Positions 20,963-31,419 of a DNA stretch of 38,119 nt are shown here, piece after piece (positions within the stretch are counted from its first letter, which is position 1; each line of letters opens with the position of its first letter). A program made the position numbers and the translations under genes. Source of the DNA: Ministeria vibrans ATCC 50519 (Eukaryota; Protista; Filasterea); contig CALSCP010000386.1 in the NCBI GenBank assembly GCA_943704425.1, positions 8,723 to 46,841 of the forward strand, in the 5' to 3' direction. The notes under the pieces were generated by a model. It had not been told where the DNA came from. It was given only the letters and a program-made list of their open reading frames with translations, and did not search any database.

Positions 20963-22750
20963 TCATCTTGAATCATCAAAAAGGACCTCGTCGGGACCGT
21001 ACTGGTCGTCTTCGTCTTCGTCTTCGTCGTCGGGGCGCAGGAGAGCGTTGAGCTCGAGGGAGTCGGGGCGGGATGGGCGGTCCTCGTCGTCTACAGTGAC
21101 GGGGTATGCGCCCGGACGGGCGGGCGAAAAGAGAAAGGCCATGGTAAAGAGGTACATGCTAAAAAGATTGTAAAAGACAAGCAGCTCGGTGCTGTTGTTG
21201 AAGCGCGTCGACGACGACAAATGGACGTTGGAAAGGACCAGACGCGAGCCAAAACGCACAAAAAGCCCAGTAAGTGCACTCCCACCCACAACACACGATA
21301 GAGTGGTGACAAACAGAAGCCGACTGCGATCTACATCATCATCATCAACATCAACAACAACAACAACAAAGAAGTAAGACACAGTGAGAGTGGTATCCAA
21401 GAAAAAAAAAGAAAAAAATGGGGGAAGAGGGCGTACCGGGGTAATGGAGGGCGTGGGCATTCGCGGCAGCCATAAGCATGAGAGTGAGCACGTAGACGAG
21501 GTAGCAGCTCAGGAGGATGAAGAAAAGGACGCGAGCGGCGGTGTAGCCCGTGAGGTCTGCGTGTGTAAAATATGTGGGGTCGTGGTGGGCCGCAATGGCC
21601 TGAATGAGGGAGAGCGCCAGTGCAAGAATAAAGAGCAATGCGCACAGGAGCGTTTTGGAGAGTACAAGCGGGGACCAGCAGTTGCGGCAGTGGCCTGCGC
21701 TACTTGTCCCGCTCGCTCCACCGCCAACACCCACGCCACTGCTGCCAATTCGACTTGCACTACCAAGACGGTTGTTGCTGCGTACAGAGGACAAAGTCGA
21801 GGGCGCTGATAGAGAGCGAAAGAAGGTGAGCCAGAAGAGAAGGAGGGTAGCGAGGAAGGCGCATTGAAAGAGTGCGTCGAGCACTACGGGTACCACACTG
21901 GAGACAAGCAGCTCGAGGGCAACAAAGGGGCCATTGTACAGTAGCAGTAAGAGCAGGAGGGGTAGAAGCCAGCGCTGCTCCAGGTTCCAGTCGGAGAGAC
22001 GGTAGTGGCGCAGAGAGAAGGCAAAGAGTAGGAGAGCAATGAAGGCGAAGGCGAGAAACACAAAGCGGTACCAGGTCTCGAGACGCGAGTAGGCGTCGTC
22101 GACGGCCGTCCACGTAAACAGTACGTCGCCAATGGGTGGTGATACTTGTGTGTCGATGTCGGCCATGTTGACGGTGGCGCGGTACTTGCCAGCGACAACG
22201 TGTCCAACATGCACCGCAATGAACGCGGCACAGTCTGTCTCGCCCGCATCACACACAACCGTACGCAGTCGCGGAGTGCCCTTCCAGTGCACATGAACCC
22301 ACTCGGCCGAGCCGACCGGCTGGCGTTCGAGCCAGACACGCACAAGCGGCGACAGCTGCACGGGAACAGCGGCAGTTGCGGGAATGCGCTGCAGCTGGAC
22401 CGTCACGGCGAGCCACAAGTGGCGGTTGTACTCCGTCATCGGCTGCGTGCTCACAGTGAAGTTCTGTCCCGCCGCCACATTGACCCCAAGCGTGTGCGAG
22501 CTGTGTGTCGTCGACGACTGTACGTTTGGTCCTACGCACTCCCAGTCACAACTCCTCCGTCTCTCTTTGTGTCTCCTTACCCGACAGTGTGACCGCTAAC
22601 ATGACAAAAAAGACACACAGTGCCGTGCACATCGCTGCAGCAACCTCTCGCTTGGAAGACGCGTGTAGCCGCGTCACAATGGGTCCGCTACAGACGAGCA
22701 AAGGTCAAGTGAAATGCAAGTTCGAATGTCAAAACACACAATTGATAGGT

Positions 22751-22785
<35 letters not shown>

Positions 22786-22810
22786 ACCTATGCTCCTCCT
22801 CATCTGACAT
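20963..22810 (-). CDS. TMEM181: TMEM181 (Wntless-like family multi-pass membrane protein), 4 exons
   Basis: Spliced N-terminus MSDEEEHSGPIVTRLHASSKRE + TM; YSRLETWYRFVF, SLRHYRLSDWNLEQRW, LLLYNGPF, LLLFWL; C-terminal NSTELLVFYNLFSMYLFTMAFLFSPA followed by an acidic tail. Confidence 0.87.
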
Positions 22811-23100
22811 GCTGAAGATCACCACTGCAATCGCAAAGACACCAATGGATCAAGACGATAATATGTGAATTTTGGTGATATTTAATAAAGTTATTTATTA
22901 TGTATTATAATGTGAAAAAACGTATCTCTCAATCGTTTAATTCCTTTGACCTTTCTCTGATCAGTGATCGGATTGACGTTTCTGCACTTCTAAAGTTTCA
23001 AGCCTACCGAAACGCGACGTTATTGAAGTGGGGGGATTTTTTTTTCATTCGACTTTTTTTTATAAGTTTTTTTTTGTCGTTCTCGACTCATTTCATCGAC

Positions 23101-26100
23101 ATGGCATACATGTACGGGCAAGCGGCGGATGATCGAAGGGTGAGTGGGCGTAAGCGAAAGCGCAACACGCGCTTTGAGCCGATGGAGCTCATGGAGGGAA
23201 GCGACAGTGAAGGAGAGGGAAATCCGGCGATGCGAAGCACTGTGATCGGGGGCGAGGATGGTGCAGCGCCTGCAAGCACCCTGGGCGGTGACGGTGGGGA
23301 CGCGGGACGGGCGCGCGCGCGGAGCCGTCCGATGCCGTCGAACCCCGAAGCGACTTTGACGGGTTTTGGCTATCATCAGTCGATCAGCGACACCGACGAA
23401 GAGAGGGTCAAGCAGCTCGCGGCGAGCCTGTCACAGTCAGCAATGGAGGGCGGGGACGACGATCAGATGGGCGCCAGTCTGATGATGCACCCGCAAGCAA
23501 GTGTTAATGTTGCAAGGGCCAACCGAGACGCACAGAGCACCCACAACAGCATGCATGGGAACGGCAACGGCGGTGGCGACGACGACGACGAGTACGGCGA
23601 AGAGGAGGATGAGGAGGATGAGGATGAGGATGAGGAGGAGGACGACGATGACGACGAGGAAGGCGCCGAAGATGAAGATGAGGAGGGCGACCACTCGCTC
23701 AATAGTAGGAGAGGGAAAGGAAGCAAGAGGAGCAGAGGCGTCGACGAGAATGGCATTGATGCGAATGACAACGACGATGGCAATGGCGGTGGTGACGACG
23801 ACGACGCCGACGACGACGACGACGAGAATATTCCAACATTTGTGGTACCGTTGCGTTCACGCGAAGCCTGCGACGCAGTACAGATGTCGCCCATTATGCT
23901 TGACGAGTGGGAGCGACGTGCACTGCTGGTGCTGCTCCCACAGGCACACATTGCACTTGCCTCTACGAGTCCCATTGTCGTGGCCATGCCACCGAGTGCC
24001 GAAAGTGCTACAGCATCAATGATGTCGGCAGCGGCAGCGGCAGCCGCGTCCACCGCAGTCTCGACACCCGAGAGCGCCTCCCATCCGATGGTTGATGTGT
24101 ACTTGCGCGCACGCAACCTCATTCTGCGCGCTTGGTTCCTCAACTGCCACGAAGAGCTCACACTGGACACGTGTCTGGCGACGCTGGTACAAGACAACCC
24201 CGAGATTGTGCCGATAGCCTCGTCGTCGGGAAAGCTAGGGGAGCACAGTGGTCGAGCGTGCCACCGGCTGGGCGTCGTTGACCTGGGCGACGCGGACGTG
24301 TCCGACCTGGTCACGACCGACGCCGCCATGATCCGTCTGGCACATGCTTTGTTGCAGCGTCACGGGCTCATCAACCAAGGCGTTTTTGGCGTACGCAACG
24401 CTGCGTCGCTCGCTTTGCAACGCCAGGCGTTACTTGCATCCGAGACTGCTCCGAAGCATGTGGTGGTCGTGGGCGCGGGCATCGCGGGTTTGGCGGCGGC
24501 ACGAGCACTACGGCAGCATGGCATCCGCGTGACAGTGCTGGAGTCGCGGGATCGCATTGGCGGACGCATCTACACGTACCGCCACCACCAGCACCACGCC
24601 GATTTGGGCGCCACGCTTATCTATGGACTGGGGGGTGGCAGTCCCATGCTGACGCTGTCCAAGCAGCTTGGGGTGCGTTTGTCGCACTTGCGTCCGGACT
24701 GCCCCGTTTTCGACGAACAAGGCAACGATTTGGCGGCCGTGGCGGCGACAACGGCTGCCGCTACGGAGGACGACGAAGACTTTAGCATTTCCAAGATGCT
24801 CGATCTGGTGCACCAGCTGCCGGCCAAGCTGGCGAGTGTCCTTGCCGAGTCGCCGTGCACCTACAGCGCCGAGACACTCAATGCGACCGACCCCTCTGTC
24901 TACGAGAATGTGACTGTTGCGGCCGCCCTGGGCAACGTGGTGGCGGCGCACCTAAGCGGCCAGGGGGTCTGGCCTCTGGCCTCGGCCTGTCGTTTGCACC
25001 CCTTCCTTGTGGAGAGCAGCATTGGTGCGTTGCGTGTTGACGTGACTGCGGCACTGCGATGTCTTTCGGTGGGCGACGCCCTTCGCATGTTGCGTCACAT
25101 TGAGGACGCGCGTCGTCGCGGCCCCCATCTCGCGGCGATGCAGCAGCTGGAAATGGTCTTTCGACAGCACGAACAGGTGATGCAGCAGGTGGACATGGCG
25201 CAACAGGTGCTGCTGCGCCGACAGCAGCTGGAGCAGAAGATGCAGCAGGACCGACTGGCGCAAGTGTCGGAGAATCCTGAAGCGTTGCAGACCTTGCCGC
25301 CGCTACAGCAGCCCGAAGATGGCGTGGCGCACACGACGCACGAGTTGCAGCAGCAAGTGAAGGCGCTCGAGGCACAACATCGCGAGTCGTGGGCCAACGT
25401 GGAGGTACACAAAAAGAAGGTGGCGGACGCCAAGGCGTGTGTCAGCGAGACGGCCGACGGCGGCGTGGGCGCGTGTATGACACAGTTTCGCCTGGCGTCT
25501 ATTGAGGAGTCGCACGCCGGCACGGCTGAGCAGCTGTCGCTGAGCCACTGGCTTTGCAAGGGGCCCCACATCTTTGGGGGCTCCAAGGTGTTGCCGCGCG
25601 CAGGCTTTTCTGCGTACACGACGGGCCTTGCGCTGGCACAGCCGCCCGTCTTACTAGGGCACACAGTGGAGCGCATTGAGTACAGCAGCGGGGCGGGTGT
25701 CAAGGTGCACTACCGAGAAGTGATGGCGAGCAAGACAGATGACAACGTGAGAAAGGAGGACGGAGGCGAAGGGGAAACAGCAGCAGGAGGGGAGGAGAGG
25801 AAAGGGACGGTGACGCAGACGGGAGTGTTGAGTGCCGATGCGGTTCTGGTGACTGTGCCGTTGGGGGTGCTCAAGCAACGACGTGTGGAGTTTGTGCCCG
25901 AGTTGCCGGCGTGGAAGCAAGGGGCCATTGAGTCGGTTGGCTTTGGCTCGAGCACACATGTGGCGCTTTTCTTTGCGACTGCCTTTTGGCGTGGAATCCA
26001 TCAAGATATTTTTGGACACAGTATGGAAGATCCGACGTGTTGCGGGCGGTACTTTCTGTTCTACAATATGCACGCAAGCACGGGAGTGCCGTCGTTGCTG

Positions 26101-26658
26101 GCGGTGATCACAGGCAGTGCGGCGGTGAACATGACGGAAACGGACGACGAAATTATTGCAGGGGCTGTGCGTGTGCTCAATGCGGTGGCGCACTGTGGCG
26201 CTGGTGTGGGTCGTCTGGGTGCCGATCTCATTCGCTCGTCGATCACTGCCCTGCCACCTGTTGAGCCCGTACACGCGACCGTGCACCACTGGCACCGTGA
26301 CGAGCATGCTGCTGGCACTCGCACTTTTGCGTCGGTCGACGCCTCTGACGAACAGTTTGATTTGCTTGCGGCACCCGTCACCGCTGAGATTGCCCACCAG
26401 TCGATGACCCCTGCGTCTGCCAGTGCCCCACCGGACAACCCCAGGGCGGCATCACTGCTTCACCAACACGGCGAGAGCGTCTACACACCCATTCCCGCAA
26501 GCGGTGCCGTTTGCTTTGCCGGCGAGCACACCCACCGCTATCACTACGGCACGGTTGATGGCGCTCTTTTGTCGGCGCGTCGCGAGACCGCCCGTCTTCT
26601 CGACGCCCTTTTGGGTCCTGTGCCTGCCTATGCGCCAACCAATCAAATCATCTCCTGA
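23101..26658 (+). CDS. LSD1/KDM1A-like protein (SWIRM + amine oxidase + Tower), intronless, divergent active site
   Basis: Acidic disordered N-terminus; SWIRM ([25 protein letters not shown]); FAD motif [16 protein letters not shown]...[11 protein letters not shown]; DLGA; Q-rich coiled-coil insert; [26 protein letters not shown]...TVDGALLS. Confidence 0.9.
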   Translation: MAYMYGQAADDRRVSGRKRKRNTRFEPMELMEGSDSEGEGNPAMRSTVIGGEDGAAPASTLGGDGGDAGRARARSRPMPSNPEATLTGFGYHQSISDTDEERVKQLAASLSQSAMEGGDDDQMGASLMMHPQASVNVARANRDAQSTHNSMHGNGNGGGDDDDEYGEEEDEEDEDEDEEEDDDDDEEGAEDEDEEGDHSLNSRRGKGSKRSRGVDENGIDANDNDDGNGGGDDDDADDDDDENIPTFVVPLRSREACDAVQMSPIMLDEWERRALLVLLPQAHIALASTSPIVVAMPPSAESATASMMSAAAAAAASTAVSTPESASHPMVDVYLRARNLILRAWFLNCHEELTLDTCLATLVQDNPEIVPIASSSGKLGEHSGRACHRLGVVDLGDADVSDLVTTDAAMIRLAHALLQRHGLINQGVFGVRNAASLALQRQALLASETAPKHVVVVGAGIAGLAAARALRQHGIRVTVLESRDRIGGRIYTYRHHQHHADLGATLIYGLGGGSPMLTLSKQLGVRLSHLRPDCPVFDEQGNDLAAVAATTAAATEDDEDFSISKMLDLVHQLPAKLASVLAESPCTYSAETLNATDPSVYENVTVAAALGNVVAAHLSGQGVWPLASACRLHPFLVESSIGALRVDVTAALRCLSVGDALRMLRHIEDARRRGPHLAAMQQLEMVFRQHEQVMQQVDMAQQVLLRRQQLEQKMQQDRLAQVSENPEALQTLPPLQQPEDGVAHTTHELQQQVKALEAQHRESWANVEVHKKKVADAKACVSETADGGVGACMTQFRLASIEESHAGTAEQLSLSHWLCKGPHIFGGSKVLPRAGFSAYTTGLALAQPPVLLGHTVERIEYSSGAGVKVHYREVMASKTDDNVRKEDGGEGETAAGGEERKGTVTQTGVLSADAVLVTVPLGVLKQRRVEFVPELPAWKQGAIESVGFGSSTHVALFFATAFWRGIHQDIFGHSMEDPTCCGRYFLFYNMHASTGVPSLLAVITGSAAVNMTETDDEIIAGAVRVLNAVAHCGAGVGRLGADLIRSSITALPPVEPVHATVHHWHRDEHAAGTRTFASVDASDEQFDLLAAPVTAEIAHQSMTPASASAPPDNPRAASLLHQHGESVYTPIPASGAVCFAGEHTHRYHYGTVDGALLSARRETARLLDALLGPVPAYAPTNQIIS

Positions 26659-27014
26659 GTTTATTATTTTTTGTTGTTATTTTGTTGAGCGGAGAGAGAA
26701 AAAGAATTAGTAAACCCACACACGATTTATTCAGATAAAATATTATTATTCTAAAATTTAAGTGTTTAATCAAAGAAAGGAGAACACATCGCAGGACATT
26801 GTAGATTTGGTACTTGGGCTAATGCCGTTTCAAGGAAAGCTTCTTCCATAGGTTCCGGTAGAAAAGTTAAGATATTTTTTGTTATTTTTAGAACTCGAGA
26901 CATTTTGACTAAATTTTAAGTCCACAATTTTTTTTCACCTCGTCAGAATTCAGACTAGTAGTAAATTGCGTCACGGGCGCGTGACTCGGACACAACACAC
27001 ACGCACACTCTCCA

Positions 27015-27491
27015 ATGTCGCGTGGTATTTCGCGGCAGTCGCTGGGCCTTATCACGGCCGAGGCGGAGTTTGTTAACGGCACGCACATCTGCTCGTACTT
27101 CTGTCTCGTTGTGCCGTGCCGCGACGGCTCTCTGGCGCCTCACGTCTCGCTCGAGTATCCGCCACGTCAGCCTGCCGCCACGCCCGATGGCCCTGCGCCG
27201 TCCTGCGACGCCGCCGAGGCGACCCCGTCGCTGCTGCCCCACTTTGCCTTTCCCAGCGGCGTCTGCACGCCGTGCGAGCAACCGCGCTCCCCTGCCTTCC
27301 ACGCCTTTGTCCTGACCGACCAGGCGGGCGCTCGCCGCTACGGTGCAGTGCTCACCGTGTACCAGCGACCCGAGCGCCAGTGGTGCTACTCGCCGACGTG
27401 TTCCCCGCGCAACTGCTACTCGAGTTTCTGTCAGAGGGCGCGCGCCGCCTTGCCCGTCCAGCCCGAAGAGCCCACGCTTGCCGATCGAAAG
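27015..27491 (+). CDS. uDENN-domain (Rab GEF family) gene, first exon only
   Basis: LPHFAFPSGVC...FHAFVLTDQAGARRYGAVLTVYQ is the uDENN signature. The exon ends at donor AAG|GTATG (27492) and no downstream DENN exons were found. Confidence 0.78.
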
Positions 27492-27525
27492 GTATGCCAG
27501 AATCTTAGGAAGCAAAGATATACGC

Positions 27526-27527
<2 letters not shown>

Positions 27528-27602
<75 letters not shown>

Positions 27603-27609
27603 AACAAAG

Positions 27610-27650
<41 letters not shown>
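27528..27650. repeat. (GA)n microsatellite pair, probable misjoin site
   Basis: Two GA tracts separated by AAAGAAACAAAGTGAT. Confidence 0.92.
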
Positions 27651-27660
<10 letters not shown>

Positions 27661-27739
27661 TGTGTATGTATGTATGTGATAATGATGATGATGGTGGTGG
27701 TGGTGATGATGATGATGCTGATAAAATAGAGCGTCGTAC

Positions 27740-28395
27740 TTCTTTCCAAACGCCGTCTCAAAGGGCTCCACGTCGAGCAAGTGAGCGCGACTGCGCGACT
27801 CGGGCTCTTCCAAGAGCGACATGGGCAGTTTGGCTTGCTTCATCACGACCTGGTAAGGGTCGCGCAGGGTGGTCGACATGGCTTCGCGGAATCGCTAAGG
27901 AAGAGAGACACAATGAGAGCGAGTGGTTCGCTGGCACGGCCGACGTTGCTCTCTCGTACCGTCAGCTCGTCCTGACTGATGACGCGCGTGTTGCCGAACC
28001 ACCTACGGTCAGGCTGGACTCGTGCAACTGTGCCACTGGGAAGCGACGACTGGAAGGGCATTGCCTGCGAAGCCACGAGAGAGTGAGAGAGAGGGAGTGA
28101 GTGGCGAAGGGACAATCAAAACGCCGGTCTGCTCACCTTGATGACATCTCCCACTTTGTTTCGAATGGCCTTGCCACCACTCTTGTACATTTTCAGACGG
28201 TTGACATCCGCGCGGGTACGCGGCGCGCCCTGTTTGTCTGCACACGCGGTTGAGTTATCCCAAAAAAAAAAACGAGGACGTTTGTTTGGACTTACGGGAC
28301 GTGACTTTCGCCGGTGCCGCGTCGGGGTTGAGCATGCCCTTGGACTTGCTCACGCGACCCGTGGGCTGTTTCGACTTTCCCTGTCGCGGTTTCAT
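27740..28395 (-). CDS. GNL2: Nucleolar GTPase GNL2/Nog2, N-terminal four exons only (NGP1NT domain)
   Basis: Spliced: ...VNRLKMYKSGGKAIRNKVGDVIK|AMPFQS...ARVQPDRRWFGNTRVISQDELT|RFREAM...DPYQVVMKQAKLPMSLL...LLDVEPFETAFGK. It ends at a GT donor and the GTPase domain is absent from the window. Confidence 0.92.
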
Positions 28396-28692
28396 GTCGA
28401 TGAATGAAATAGTCTGAATATGATTAAAATTAGCAACGCACTCGCTCGAAGAGACTGATGAGTGATGATTGCAGATTGACGGACTGAGTATGGGGTACTA
28501 TTAACTATCGTCTATTGATATCTGATCCATGGCCGAGACGACGCAAAAAGTCAAGCGAGTGAGCGAAAGAAAAAAATGCTATTGTTTATATATAATTATA
28601 AGAAACACTCAAACCTCAGAGTGTCTCTGTCTCTGTCTCTGTCACAGTGTCTCTAGTGCGCCCCCCTCCTCCCTCGCGTTGCCTGCCCCGCA

Positions 28693-29269
28693 TCACCCGC
28701 GACCGCCATCTCTGGTGTCGTCTCGGGCGGGCACAGCGAACACCGTCGCGCCCCACGACGTCGCCTGCGACACCCCGTAATGGTGCGCCCAGTGGTTCAC
28801 CGCCGTGCGGTGGGCGGCTTCTGCCTGGCTGCGGCCCATCCACAAGCCAAAGCGGATCATGTAGCGGTTGATGAAGACGCGGTCCTTGTCGCCCACCGAC
28901 AGCGCCGGCTCGCGTGCGCCGTACAGGTAGTCGTGCACAATCCACTCCTCGGGATCATCGTGGTCGTCGATGAACCCCCGGATGAGCCAGGGCGCACTCA
29001 CGCCGTCCACGAGAAGACCGGCGGGGACCGTAAAGCGGTGGGGCGCCGGATGGCCTTGGACCGCAAACTCAACGGGGAAGCTGTCCACCACGACGTAGTG
29101 GTACTCGCGCAGGTTCGCTTTCGTCAGTCGGCCCCGCTCAATGGCCGTAAGGGTGCGATAGCGGAATGCGCCCGTCTTCAGAGTCGTTTTCTCCTGTGCG
29201 TGTGTGTGAGAGAGAGAGTAAATAAGCGAAGTGTGGAGAGTCAACAAACACACAAGCGAGAAGTACCAT
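28693..29269 (-). CDS. DUF1353-like protein with one spliceosomal intron
   Basis: Motif FTVPAGLLVDGVSAPW...IVHDYLY...DRVF resembles DUF1353 (VPxGFxTDxASxP...HDYLY...ADxxF). Model: ATG 29269-29267, GT-AG intron 29266-29194, exon 29193-28693. Confidence 0.7.
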
Positions 29270-29725
29270 AGCGAAGACACTTGTTTCAAGGCACGCCAGT
29301 ACACCAGAAGGCCACAACTGTCCACAAGAGCAAGCGCGGTTATCTCGGCCGTGAGTTGGGCGAGAGTAGAAAAATTTGTAAATTTTCAACTCGTGCTTGA
29401 CTAGTCTGAGAAATGAGACGTGAGAAGTGAGAAGCCATTATTTTAAGTTTCTGGTATGGAAAACAGTACCGACTCATTCTATAGCGACTATGGTTCAAGC
29501 CCAGCCTGCTTGTCGATGGCTCGCGGTGCCGCTCGCGCCCAATCCAACAAGTACGATTGTTCTCTTTCCCCTTCACACCTTCCTTCCCCCGCCTTTCATC
29601 TTCTCCTCTCGTCTATCTAGACTACGAGCAGCACTTATAGATGTATCTAACAAACAAAACTCAGACAGTACCAAAGTTAATGCCACTCCACAAAAAGTAA
29701 ACTGCAGTTTGAAAATTTTTCAAAT

Positions 29726-30156
29726 TCAAACACTCTCGCTTTTAGCTCGTCCGTCGCAAAGACAGTCCGCCCCGAACACCTGTGACGCAGCCAACGCGTA
29801 AAAGCAAAGCAGCACCTTCTTGTCCAACCAGACCGCAGGGCTCTCCGGCGTCGACGACGACAACGCCGCGCCGTCGGGTGCAGTCGGTGCGTGAGCTAGT
29901 GCCTCCGCCGAGCGAATTTAAGACCCGCCCGCCACCACCAACGGCACAAGCATCGCCTGCAACACACGCAAGACAACGACCGCTTGAATCTCATCCTCCG
30001 TGTGGGGCAGCCAGGGACGAGACAGGCGCACTGCCATCCGCATCAGCGAATGTGTCTGCTCTGGCGCTGTTGGTCTTGGAGGTTCATCGTCGTCGACGCG
30101 CCGAAGCCAAGCTCGCAGCAGTACGGTATCTTTTGCTTGATGACCAGGACATGTAG
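29726..30156 (-). pseudogene. GC-rich coding-like island with an in-frame TAA; possible gene relic
   Basis: After a putative acceptor (TTTCAG) the frame reads ATCPGHQ...VVAGGS, TAA at 29920-29918, then 63 more open codons. No family recognised. Confidence 0.25.
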
Positions 30157-30597
30157 CTGAAAGCGGGCATGTGTAAGATGAGCTTTGTTGTAGGAGTAGT
30201 TGTTGTTGTTGTTGGTTCGTCAATGTATATGACATGTAAGACACAATTTATATTCTTTGTTATTGGCAAACTTGACGTCAAGTTGGAAATTCTGACAAGT
30301 CCATCATCGCTCGTCCACACTTTCCCCTCAAATGTCAAATGTGACACCATACTGACACACTTGTGACAACGTCCACCAGCTCGAAACTGTGAAACGGATC
30401 ACCAATCAAATAAATAAATATTTAATTCAGGTTCAAACCTCAAAAGTCACAAAAATAGCATGCATAGAGCCATGCATGGTCTCCTTTGCGCTTTGCCATC
30501 AATTCTGAATAAGAAAAATATTTAATCGAGAATCGAGAAATTATTCACATCAAACGAACGACTAATCATAAGACATAATATTTTACGTCATTGCTTG

Positions 30598-31257
30598 ATG
30601 CGCCGCGTTGCAAAATCCGCCGCCAAAAAGGTCGTCAAACGACCGTCTAGCGAAGACACAGATGCATCTTTGCCGCCGACGAAGAAAGCGAGGACAGGAA
30701 AGCAGTACTTTCTGATTAAGAGCGAACCCAATTCGCGCATTGCTGGAGGGAAAGATCAAAAGTTCTCCATTGACGATCTCGTCGACGAGCCCGAGAGCAC
30801 GACCGCCTGGGACGGTGTGCGTAACTACCAAGCACGCAACCTTATGCGCGACATGCGTGTCGGGGACTCGGCTTTCTTCTACCACTCGAATTGCAAAGTA
30901 AACAACGCCGTGTCATGGTGCTCTCTCGCTCATTGCCTCTCTTCCGCCTCTTCTCAGGTACCCGGCATCGTCGGCATCGTCGACATTGTGAAAGAAGCGT
31001 ACCCCGACGAGACCCAGTTTGACGCGAGCGACATCCACTTCGACCCCAAGGCGACGCGCAGTGCGCCCCGGTGGGACGTCGTCGACGTGCGCTATGTGCG
31101 CCACACCGCACGCCTCATCTCACTCCACGAACTCAAAAACACCCCGTCGCTCCAAGGACTTACTTTAATCACACGCGGTCGCTTGAGTGTTCAGCCCGTC
31201 AGCGAAGACCATTGGACAGCAATTCTACAAATGGAGACGCAAAAAGCTCCAGTTTGA
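30598..31257 (+). CDS. THYN1: EVE-domain protein, thymocyte nuclear protein 1 homolog
   Basis: YFLIKSEP, FSIDDL, WDGVRNYQARNLMRDM, FFYHSNCK|VPGIVG, EAYPD, RGRLSVQPV. In-frame 60-nt GT-AG intron at 30898-30957. Confidence 0.93.
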   Translation: MRRVAKSAAKKVVKRPSSEDTDASLPPTKKARTGKQYFLIKSEPNSRIAGGKDQKFSIDDLVDEPESTTAWDGVRNYQARNLMRDMRVGDSAFFYHSNCKVNNAVSWCSLAHCLSSASSQVPGIVGIVDIVKEAYPDETQFDASDIHFDPKATRSAPRWDVVDVRYVRHTARLISLHELKNTPSLQGLTLITRGRLSVQPVSEDHWTAILQMETQKAPV

Positions 31258-31419
31258 ACGCTCAGACTCAACATCAGATTTCTTGTACAAAACCGATAAT
31301 AATAAAAAATTAATAATAATAATAATAATAGTAACAATTATAATACTATTAATAATAATATTATTATTGTTATTATAATTATTTTTATTAATAGTGTTAT
31401 TATAAACAAAAAAAAAGAT

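Noticed and set aside
22900-23100. N-terminal extension of the 1252-aa ORF
   Set aside because: AT-rich, poly-T promoter-like DNA; the ATG at 23101 coincides with the compositional switch to coding sequence.
26970-26985. Inverted repeat GTCACG-GGCG-CGTGAC upstream of the uDENN gene
   Set aside because: Only a 6-bp stem seen once; it cannot be told apart from chance.
27492-28100. Continuation of the 361-aa ORF (ER repeats and beyond)
   Set aside because: It reads through an intronic microsatellite and then antisense to GNL2 exons.
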